Assembly (NCBI GenBank): GCA_003693705.1
Contig: RBZT01000446.1
Coordinates: 1-32,930, forward strand
DNA from: Polymyxa betae A26-41
Lineage: Eukaryota; Protista; Endomyxa: Phytomyxea
Direction: 5' to 3'
Length of the DNA stretch: 32,930 bases
In this document: positions 1 to 9,517 of the stretch, piece by piece
Numbering within the stretch: position 1 is the first letter of the stretch
How the letters are laid out: each line of letters opens with the position of its first letter
Translations under genes and position numbers: made by a program
The notes under the pieces: generated by a model
Told to the model about the DNA's origin: nothing
The model's database searches: none
Seen by the model: the letters and a program-made list of their open reading frames with translations, nothing else

Positions 1-378
1 AGGATATGCCCGTGACGGACGGGCAACACACTAAGTGTTGAAGCCTGCAGTGGCAGTCATAATCCGATTACGCGCCCAGTGGAACGTAAGTGGTCGTTCT
101 CATGATTTCTCTAGATCGATCGCTGTACTTCTCGACTTTAATGTTGTTAATGAATTTAATATACTCTCTAAATTGTCGAGTTCTAATAGATCTGATTGAC
201 CCGAAAAGGGACAACAGTATCACGGCAGTTCCGGTCCTCGATTGATCCTGAAATTAATCCGACAAATGGTTGTGAAGTTTTCTCTCAGTCTCCGTTTCTG
301 CGGATCGGTCTTGTCGACAGCATCCTGCTGAGTCTGCAGCCGAGTCGAAGCAGCCGCGTACTCCCCCCCCCCTGGATC

Positions 379-1604
379 ATGTTTCGGCTGACCGTATTGA
401 TGGTGGCTGTGGCCATGACGTCAGCAGCTAGTTCAATAGGCGATCGTCTGAATCCGGACCTTCCTGATGATATTCACGAAGAGATTATCAGTCGAGTGAC
501 GGATCTCGGAGCCCTCGCTCGTGTCAACATCGCATCGAAACAATTCCGTTCTATTGCGAAAGATTCCTTCATACTACGCTCTTTATTTCATCCGAAACTC
601 CCATCCGAACAGATCCCTCTCACAACTCGAACATTTCTGTACGAGGCCAATCTCTCCAGCACTTGTCTGCAGAACATGATCGGTCGCGTGACACCGCAGC
701 AAGCGATGGGCCTGTACGACACACTGAACCGGGCCGGCTGTACGAATGACGACAGCCGGACGCTGCTGCAGCTATTTGCGGAGTGGAATCCGGACGTGTT
801 CTTCGGCACGAGTTGGGTGACGGATCTGTTCCGATCTCCGGCCGTACTGGCCGCCGTCATTTCCGATCGACCAATGCCGCACGGTCCTGTTGGCATTCCA
901 TCGCCTGTGACGGACCTCGTCCGTGACATTGTCTAGAGCCTACCGCTGGGGGACGCCGGCCTATCCCCGCACAAGGTCTCCGAAGTCCGTGAACGGTATC
1001 CGGACCCGTACGACCAACTATTCCCGCACAACGGCGATGTCTCCTGGAAGCTGTTGAACAATCTCTGCGCGTGCCAATGGATCGCGAACGCCGCCGTCGT
1101 GCTGGCTCTGCTGCGCCACGGAATCCGGTTCGATTTCTGCGACCTCGTCCTGACCACGGCTGTCCGTCCGGATCAGATCGAGGACCTTTATCCACTGCTG
1201 GCGCGGCCTGCCATGACCAACCACTCGGACTGGGAACAGTACGTGATCCGGCCGCTGCAGAAACTGATCCGATGGGACCAGTACGACAAGGCGATCGCCC
1301 TGCTGCAGATTCCGGACTTTCTCGATCTGTTTCTCCAGCATAGCTGGGTCTATATGCGTGTATTGAGGGTCGCTATTAAGAAAGGAGCGGTGAAGCTCCT
1401 GGAGATGATAATGTTACAGGACTGTATCGATATCGTTATCAATTCGACGGACCAGGAATCCGGTCGTACTCTCCTGCACTATGCGATCATGTACGACCAG
1501 GATCGGATCCGATCCATGCTGTTGAAAGTACCCAGTATTGATGTTCATATTATGGATAGTTGGGCCTGATTCCTATTCAATATTTGGATGGCCTCCAGTA
1601 TTAA
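379..1604 (+). pseudogene. Secreted (signal peptide) F-box + C-terminal ankyrin-repeat protein, interrupted by one in-frame TAG and a probable terminal 1-nt deletion
   Basis: ATG at 379 gives a hydrophobic leader MFRLTVLMVAVAMTSAASS, then F-box-like LPDDIHEEIISRVTDLGALARVNIASKQFRSIAKDSFILRSL. ORFs 196-936 and 1054-1569 share a frame and are separated only by TAG 934-936 (937-1053 is open). Ankyrin motif INSTDQESGRTLLHYAIMYDQDRIRSMLLKVPSIDVHIMDSW. Adding one G to the G-run at 1562-1564 would give DSWGLIPIQYLDGLQY* (TAA 1602-1604). It could instead be an intact gene if the TAG is spliced out. Confidence 0.7.
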
Positions 1605-3656
1605 TCAACAATTCCATACTAATCAGACATTTGTGCAGTAAACGCCATTCTGTATTCTGAATGAAAATCATCCAGATAGCGAATGGCGAGCCCAAAGCCT
1701 TTTGATAAAGGGGCTCAATACTTGGCCGAAATCGCTCTTGAAATGTGCCTCAGAAGAGGCCTCGCTCTTAGCGTTATTCTTGCTCTGAAAGCGATGTAAC
1801 ATGGTTTAGCAGTAGACTGCTGGCAGGCTGCGCAGCAAACCTTCACTCCGAACCAGATGGCTCTATATAAACTGTAGCTGTCATTCGATCACAATCGAGT
1901 CAGTCTTCTTCTCTATAACACCGATATGGGCTCAGTAATTTTTCATTGATTTTTCTTCACTCGAGTGGTGTATTATATGTTTATAGCTGAGCCAATTCTT
2001 GAGCTTTTGGCTCTGTGATTATAAGCCCGCACAAGATCAGCAGAGCGGCAATCTTTACAGCCTGTGAAGTTCGTTTTAACCAGACCAGATCTGTTGGTCA
2101 AATCAGATTCCGATATTCGCTTTCGTCTATCCTGGACATGTTCTGGGGGAAGAATATCTCCCATCGCACTCTTTGATTGGTTAACACTGGTTCTGGTTTT
2201 TCTGGAATTATAAAGGTGTCCTATCAGCAGCCGCATTCGCTTATACAGATATTTGTAACTTCAGAGTAAAAGTCATTAACTTTTTGACTTTTAGCGTCAT
2301 TCTTGGGATACGGCATCCTCACATTCGCTTCTGCTCCAATGCCAATGTTGGGCACTTTCTGACCCGATGCACGATTCAGGAGCCACAACCGAAGCATCTA
2401 TCAATGCATTCAGTAACGCTGAGAGATAGAGCGTCAAGCTCCATTGCGTGGTAGATCTCAGCAGCGAACATTAAAGATTGCTCATCAATCATTCTCCGGT
2501 TGGTTAAAAGCTTCTGATCAACTAATGGTCGTGCTGCCGGCTGCTACTGATCTCATAAAATGAAGTGCAGAGATAGACTTGATCTGAACCCTAAATTTGT
2601 TGTCAACATCGTCCGAAAAAATTTATCTTCTTTTTCATACTGTTTGCAGTAGAAATAACCTCGAAGAACATCTGGTGAAATACAATATTCTCTCCGGACT
2701 CATCTGCGAGATCCTTCGATGTGAAATTGCGAACATGTTTTGCAACCCCATAAGATACATTCGGGTAGTTCCTTCTCTTGGGTTTCCAGTGGTTTGATGA
2801 AATAATGTCTCTGAAAGTTGGCTCACTCGCGAAATCGTTTTCTTCAAGAAAATTGCAACTACTTTTTTTTTCTTCTAAACATCGTTTGTCCGAAAAGGAA
2901 CAATTTAAGACAGCAAACTTTAACGAGATGTCTGGGATCATATTCGGTGTCGCGATCCTTCATTGCACAGTCCAGAGCTTCAGCTGGGGATCAATCCTGA
3001 TTTCTTGGTGTTCGAGGCCTTGAAGAGATTGAATGCGGTCTGCTTTTATAAGAAACATAATAGTGATCCCAGGCCGCACCAAATGCAACAAAGACTTCAT
3101 CTCGTGATGCAGCAACAGACGCACCTCTAACTTCTCTATTACAGCTGAACTGATCCCCTCTAATGCATATATCTTGATGTGAAGGAGTGGCGAGTGCTAA
3201 AACAACTTACCTCTGAAAATGGAAGATTTCTGTTAGCGGATTCCTTTACTGAAATGGAAACGGAATAGGTAAGTTCGCAACATCCCATATTGATGCGGTT
3301 GGAACAATAATAGAAACCAAATTGTGATTTTATGGGATTGATATGACGAAGTAGAACCCTGGTAATAGGTCTCTCAGTAGCAATAAAATACGAAGATGGT
3401 GCCCATGATGTACAAGTCCCTGGATTGCTTCATTAAACGATGTACTGAATCTATTCGCCTGTTCCTATGATCATATTGTTTGTCTAACAGATAATCAATA
3501 GATAGATATTCAGTTCAATATGAGCCCGGATATAGTAAGGCGCATCTGACTGTTGAGATATACGAAGAGATATACGAAATCTCTTGTAGTATCGGTATGA
3601 GCAGAAGGTAATAAGATATCTCTGTATCTTCTGTACGAGAAAAAATATTAAAATAC

Positions 3657-4997
3657 TTATTTATCAAGTATAGTAATATTTGTATGTTGTTGTAGATATC
3701 CTTGCATCACCATACTAAATCTATGTCTATTATCTATTTGTACATCTGACATCAGTTGATTCGCTGTTTGCGCTACTACAAACTTCTCAAATGATCTCGG
3801 ACAGGTCGATAAAAATCTCGGCAGAGAATCGCTCTCCATCAGATACAGAATCCGTCGCATCGCATTCCGGAACATATCGGCCTGTAGCGGCCGGGCCAGT
3901 ACGGTGACGGCGCCGTCCCCATCCCGATGAAAACAGGCGCTGAGTTCGGACACGACCTCGTAGGGAAGGTTGACTTCGAGGGGAGCGTCGGGGGCCAGAA
4001 ACCGCCGAAAGATGGAGACGGCCACGGACTCGCGGACGCGGTCGCCGCGTCCGAACTGCGACGCTTCCCGCCAGAACAGCAGGTTCTCGACGGCGAACTC
4101 CCTCTCCAGATGATGCTGAAAGTCCGCGTACCCGTCAGGGTCCAGCAGGAAATGTTCGAGGTTCAGTACGGCGGCGGGCGTGACGCCGGCCGCGGGCTGG
4201 TACGTCTTGCGTAGCGGGATGCCGAACGTCACCAGTATGACGAAGTCCATGGTGAGAGCGGCGGCCATCTGCGGGAGGCCCATCTCGGCCCAGAGTACGA
4301 CAGTGACGCAGTAGACGACAACTCCGAACTTGAGAGCGCCCAACGCGACGCTCAGAATCTGTTTCGATCCGAAGGCGTCCTCGACGATACAGAGACGTCG
4401 GCGTATGAAGAAGATGGAGATGGCCGTGATCGCGATCCGGAACGCGCCCAGATATGGAAGCAGCGGTAACGTGCTGCCGTGTTGGTCGAGTAACGTGAGA
4501 CTTTCTGTAATTCCGTGGATGTTGATTGCATATGCGTATAAAAGATAGACTGCCGATAGTATAACAATTTGTATGAGAATCCAGTATGCCGCGAATTCAT
4601 CTGTGAGCAGGAATTTCAATAGACGGATCTGTTTACGGAGTTGTTGATCTTGTTCTTCCGTTACTGATAACTGTTGTATACGTAACTGGTCACGTGTCTT
4701 ATTAAATGCGATATAGAGCGATAATGCGAATAGAAACATGCCCTCTATGAAGGCGACCGCGAGACTTCCACCCAGAAATGTATCATACCATAGGCCCAGA
4801 TCATCAGCAGCGACGATTCGGACTAATTGATGAATGGAAACCAGTACGGCGATAGTACATAATAACGTCATAAGACGGGGTCGTCGACTTCGAATCGGTT
4901 CCAGATGACGACGACGCCAATACAAAACAGGAATGGCGAATAAGCCCAGGTGCAGGGCCAGCACGACCCAGCAGGCCGCCATCCACGTGCTGTTCAT
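3657..4997 (-). CDS. Seven-transmembrane RGS-domain protein (7TM-RGS, AtRGS1-like architecture), intronless, 446 aa
   Basis: Seven hydrophobic helices in about the first 262 aa, then an RGS box: FLLDPDGYADFQHHLEREFAVENLLFW, FLAPDAPLEVNL, FRNAMRRILYLMESDSLPRF. Single uninterrupted ORF. Confidence 0.9.
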   Translation of the reverse strand: MNSTWMAACWVVLALHLGLFAIPVLYWRRRHLEPIRSRRPRLMTLLCTIAVLVSIHQLVRIVAADDLGLWYDTFLGGSLAVAFIEGMFLFALSLYIAFNKTRDQLRIQQLSVTEEQDQQLRKQIRLLKFLLTDEFAAYWILIQIVILSAVYLLYAYAINIHGITESLTLLDQHGSTLPLLPYLGAFRIAITAISIFFIRRRLCIVEDAFGSKQILSVALGALKFGVVVYCVTVVLWAEMGLPQMAAALTMDFVILVTFGIPLRKTYQPAAGVTPAAVLNLEHFLLDPDGYADFQHHLEREFAVENLLFWREASQFGRGDRVRESVAVSIFRRFLAPDAPLEVNLPYEVVSELSACFHRDGDGAVTVLARPLQADMFRNAMRRILYLMESDSLPRFLSTCPRSFEKFVVAQTANQLMSDVQIDNRHRFSMVMQGYLQQHTNITILDK

Positions 4998-5087
4998 AAC
5001 CGGGCTGTCATTGAAGATCTGACGTAATATAGGGGAAAGACGTTAGGTACGGCCCGACCCGATTTGATCTAATGACGGCGGCAATCC

Positions 5088-5110
5088 AAAACCCTAACCC
5101 TAAACCCTAG
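5088..5110. repeat. Telomere-like repeat (AAAACCCTAACCCTAAACCCTAG) about 90 bp upstream of the 7TM-RGS start codon
   Basis: Read directly from the sequence; mixed TTAGGG/TTTAGGG units on the minus strand. Confidence 0.8.
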
Positions 5111-5319
5111 CCCGGATCTGACAAGAACGTTAACGTCATAGACGGTATCTGCCAGCATGACTCGGATACGGACAGATCCCATGGGCCAGTGCGCGGATCA
5201 GAGGCGGGACGGGGATCGTGCCCGCAGTCTTAACACGAGTACTGCGGAAAGAAAACAATGTTGTCAGTGCCCTGTCGAATGGCGTCATCGCGATTGATCG
5301 CAGGAAGGGCGGAAAATGC

Positions 5320-6840
5320 CTGTTTATTGGGTTTAGGTTACAGCTGATTGATTAATTTGTAGAATTCTGCGCCTGTTGGTCCTCGCATGCTCTTTCCATT
5401 TGCTTTATTGTATTCAGCTCTGGTTTTCTTAAAGAGTTTTCGGAACTCTTTCTGTAACCTGACGTATTTCTCGGTATGGGGCTTCGCAGTGTCTTGGTTG
5501 CGCCTACGAGCTTTCCCAATTGCTCTACGTGCTTTGTTTTGAAGACGTTCCGCTTTCTTAAGCTGTGGTGTCCAAATTTAATAGGTTTATGCTTTATCGT
5601 TTTGTATGAGACAGATTTCTTCAGGATTTCGTTGATTTAGTCGAGAGCGAAAGCATCATTGCTCGTTTGATTATTGCCTCTCATAGATTCTGTAACGTTT
5701 TCTGAATAAATTCTGATTTGTAGTTTTTGGTTCGATTGCTTGCTGCATATGGATCTCGATCTAATTTAATCTTGGTTTGTGCAGGAGTGTGATCGCTATT
5801 AAGTTTTGGTATCACTTTATGTTTGATTACATTGTCTTACGCTGTATCATTAGCCATTGTAATATCTAATGTGTTGTTCTCTCTGGTAGGTGTGTGTCTG
5901 TCATTCACTAAGTTTAAGTTGAGTAGAACTTCGTCTAGATACGTGTGTGTTTCTCCATAGTTGATTCCGAACCTTTCATCAACGGGTATTCAGATCTCCG
6001 ATAAGCATTATTTTTGTGAGTTGAGTTACATTAATCCTTTCTTTAATGAATAAAACCAGATGTTTCCAATAGGTTTTTCTGGAGCTACTGTAGTTCGTTG
6101 TTATATATATATTTGCAATGTGTGAGAATTCTTTCATGTTTTCTATCTAAATGTGTAGTGATTTTTTGAGGCCCTTCCTCGAGAAAATTGCGCTCTGTCA
6201 GTCGCTGTTGCTATGGATATAATTCGGGAAACCTCTTATGTTCTGGATTGCCCAAGTTCTGATATGCATAGGATGTCATATTGACGTTTAGAATAAAAAA
6301 GCTCAAGCAGGGATCGTTTTTCAAAGTTCAGCTGAACAGGCCTTTCATTGAAGTATTTTCACTGAGTATTGATTATATTCGAATTCGTCCGGTGGGTGTG
6401 CCATATGGTTCGAGATCGAAATTTCGATTGGCGGATTCCGTCTCTCGTTGTCAATCTGCAATCTGCATGCTACTAAAATAGTCTGTTATATTCGTTTGTT
6501 GTTGGTGGTGGGGGGGTTGTCCGTCCCATTTCCAGGAGAGGGCAGCCTATAGATCCTGTCTTTAGTTTCTTTTGTGCGATGATCGTATGAGGCCATTATT
6601 GCATTCTGCAAAACCAAATTGTGTATTATGGCAGTTTTGCTGTTATTGCCAATACTCCTGTATGTATTGGATTTCAAAGCATTTATAAAACATATGTTTC
6701 CAAAAGTAACACATTGTGGCGAACTATGATCAGCATTTGCCGTGCTGCTATGTGGTCTGACCACGCGATAATTGTTGTTGTATATCTGTATGGTTCCTTT
6801 CGCCACCATTTGTTCCACTTGCGATTCGTTTTCGTAGACC
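5320..6840 (-). mobile_element. Decayed non-LTR retrotransposon (LINE) fragment: ORF1 remnant, APE endonuclease and linker, with RT absent
   Basis: Minus-strand translation across frameshifts gives APE motifs in the correct order: YDILCISELG (~6280-6251), IMLIGDLNTR (~6011-5982), HTPTRENNTLDITMAN (~5900-5850), PKLNSDHTP (~5810-5783). A typical post-APE basic linker follows (WTPQLKKAERLQNKARRAIG...YVRLQKEFRKLFKK...EFYKLINQL). The sense strand is A-rich. ORF 6486-6860 resembles ORF1. Confidence 0.8.
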
Positions 6841-7262
6841 AGGGTCATCGACCCCCACACCGGTGTTTTGGAAGATGTCGTAAACCCGCTTGACGACCTC
6901 CAGTTTCTCGACTGTCGACTTGCATTTCGCCAGCTGTTTTCGATCCTCGATGTCGAACGACGCGTTCAAGCGTCGGCGTTTCGGTGGCGGTCTGCGTGTG
7001 TTGACGAATTAATCCTCGGAGACGTCCGCGTTCTGGGCCACGACAACCGCTGCGACAGCAGCCCGGGAATACTTCTGGGCGAGAGCCCGGGTGATCTCGT
7101 TCGCGATCTCTACAAGTCCTGCTTCAGCGACCTTGTCGAACAGCTTCTGTAGATCACGTCCGAATCGTCGCAGACGTCGTAGTGAATGATCGCCTTGCTC
7201 AGCTCGATCGCGTTAGGCTGTTCACGGGCCTCCAGGACGTTTTGCGCCAACTTGCGTTCCAC
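6840..7262 (-). pseudogene. GC-rich coding-like fragment of unknown family abutting the LINE remnant
   Basis: Protein-like reading QKLFDKVAEAGLVEIANEITRALAQKYSRAAVAAVVVAQNADVSED*FVNTRRPPPKRRRLNASFDIEDRKQLAKCKSTVEKLEVVKRVYDIF, with a stop and an NLS-like PPPKRRR. Composition changes abruptly near 6840. Confidence 0.4.
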
Positions 7263-7607
7263 AATTTAAACTTGGTCGCCAGCAATAGAAAGTCGATATG
7301 ATCCAGCGCGTTTATGGGCGCCACTTGAATTTATATCTCAGCAAATCGTCACTGTAACGCTCGAAGGAACCAGTTTCTTTGTGAAAATATCCATACGGGG
7401 CCAGCACGATTCCGATTCGAAGCATTCGCCATTGTGATGTGAACAGGCGTCCCCTCCGGCAGCATTTTGTAATCGGAATAGGCCATAATACAATCGGCGC
7501 TCACGGACGGGCAGAACTCGTGAGGCCTCTCTCGCTTATAATAATTGACGACTCAAAATCTCAATCCATGGCTTTATAATGGGTTTGATATTTCTTGTTA
7601 GAGCTTA

Positions 7608-8390
7608 CCGCCAATGGACGGATCTCGAAGAGAGAGGTGGTCTCCACACCACTATAACGGCAGACGCGCCCTAACCATGTACCTCATCATGCTGTCCAAA
7701 GAGCTGAACATCTTGCTGTTTGGGATCGGTTGCCTTGATCTCCAGAAGAGACTCTGAGATCGCATCGGCAAGTTCCCCGATTTGCAGTAGCATGAGTTCC
7801 TGCTCTTCCCGCCATGTGGACAGGAGGGCAGCGAACCGTTGCAGAGAATTGCGTTGGTGGCGAGAGTCCATGATCTGAAACTTGGATGTTGATGAACGCG
7901 AGTCGATTTCAGAATGAGATCTGCGAGCCGGAGATGGCCCGAGGTATGGCCGCACGAAAATGCCGCCACGGACGGATCCCGAAGAAAGAAGTGGTCTCCA
8001 CACCAATATAACGGCAGACGCGCCATAACCATGTACCTCATCATCCTGTCCAAAAATCTGAACATCTTGCTGTTGGGGATCTGTTGCCTCGATCTCCAGT
8101 AGAGACTCTGAGATCGCATCGGCAAGTTCGATCCCCGATTTGCAGTTGCATGAGTTCCTGCCCTTCCCGCCATGTGAACAGGAGGGCAGCGAACCTTTGC
8201 AGAAAATTGCGTTGGTGGCGAGGGTCCATGATCTGAAACATGGATGTTGATGAACGCGAGTCGAATTCAGAATGAGATCTGCGAGCCGGAGATGGCCCGA
8301 GGTATGGTTGCACGAAAATGCCGCCACGGACGGATCCCGAAGAGAGAAGTGGTTTCCACACCACTATAACGGCAGACGCGCCATAACCAT
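7608..8390. repeat. Tandem duplication, about 2.2 copies of a 354/358-bp unit, inside a decayed minus-strand gene
   Basis: Anchor GGT(C/T)TCCACACCA(C/A)TATAACGGCAGACGCGCC at 7639, 7993 and 8351 (spacings 354 and 358). The repeated peptides appear in ORFs 7652-8173, 7671-8327 and 8041-8496. Confidence 0.92.
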
Positions 8391-8642
8391 GTCCAACTGC
8401 TCGGAGACATAGCGCTCCTGCTCCTCGGATAACAAATCCATTGTCCGGGAATGTTGGTACGCGATCACGTCGAATCTCCTCCTTAAACGGCACCAAGGCC
8501 GGTCCAGCAGCTGCTCGAGACAGCGGAAGCGGGGCAGTAATAACGTCAGCGCATGTGCATGGATTAACGAGGGCTCCCTCTCTCTTCTGATCTCGCAGAC
8601 TTCATCCCCGGGTTCGATAGGGTTCAACCGGGGTTCAACCAC
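7608..8642 (-). pseudogene. Unknown gene disrupted by internal tandem duplication, stops and a 4-bp frameshift
   Basis: Protein-like segments ...MDLLSEEQERYVSEQLDMVMARLPL*WCG... and (after TTTCAG) IMDPRHQRNFLQRFAALLFTWREGQELMQLQIGELADAISESLLEIEATDPQQQDVQIFGQDDE. No recognisable domain. Confidence 0.4.
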
Positions 8643-9097
8643 GACTCTAGATAGGAAAAGGTCTTTAGTTACATACCGAACAACTGTAATATAGGGTTGT
8701 GATAGTGATAGACAAAAGGCCCTTCAACGTTCTGGAAAACCGATGGAGCGTTCGGTTTTACCAAATGACGGTAAGATTTACATGTCATGGACAGATCGAA
8801 TGGAATTAACGGCAATCCTAGCGCCTGGGGAGTGAAAACAATCGGTGCCCGAAAATTGCAAAGCGTGGATTGGATTTAGAGACATTGACGGGAAAGTTGT
8901 GTCAGATGAGCCTGCTTCGGAACCGAACACAACAGGAAACTGTAGGCCTGACTCAATTATGAGTCAAAAATTTTCAGATTACAACGTCGTCGGTACCGGT
9001 ATCAATGAGAACATTGTCAACAAGACCGCGATTGAAGCTCCCGTCGGTTGAATCGAGCAGCTGGCATAAAGACGACGGCAGTTACCGATGCTGGCAA

Positions 9098-9517
9098 TTA
9101 GGCAATAGCAGCGGCTTGTCCACCTCCCATCGGATTGAAGTCCATTCCCAGGCGAATCGAGAAAGAGATCTTTGTACCGGTCATGTGCGAGGAGTTAATT
9201 ACTTCTAAAAGCTGCAACACTGAACGTTCCCCGCAAACATTCGACCAGCTTTCAGGCTTAATCAGTAACCAACTTCCAAATAATTCTGGATGGTCGGTTA
9301 TTCGACTTGGTCGCAGCACGGTCATGTAAATTTCAAACGTGCTTATCAATGGCTCCGGAATCTGTGTTCGTGCGGCAGCCTTAGCGCGAAGTTCTTCAGC
9401 CAGCGGAAACAGTTCGGGGAATATCGGTAGCCGTGGTCGGTCTTGGCGAGTAGGATGAGATGGTTGCTCAGACGATTGGGCAGGCCCAGACATTAGACTC
9501 AGGTTGTTGAATGACAA
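9098..9517 (-). CDS. Hypothetical protein fragment (139-codon ORF, non-ATG start)
   Basis: ORF with protein-like composition. No domain recognised; a DTG motif lies downstream in another frame. Confidence 0.3.
   Translation of the reverse strand: MSFNNLSLMSGPAQSSEQPSHPTRQDRPRLPIFPELFPLAEELRAKAAARTQIPEPLISTFEIYMTVLRPSRITDHPELFGSWLLIKPESWSNVCGERSVLQLLEVINSSHMTGTKISFSIRLGMDFNPMGGGQAAAIA

Noticed and set aside
196-378. N-terminal extension of the first ORF from TTG 196
   Set aside because: In a eukaryotic context the first ATG (379) directly yields a signal peptide, so the upstream part is probably UTR.
588-1343. Antisense and alternate-frame ORFs over GC-rich genes (also 3927-4600, 23428-24372, 29570-30054)
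   Set aside because: Shadow ORFs expected from GC-rich coding sequence.
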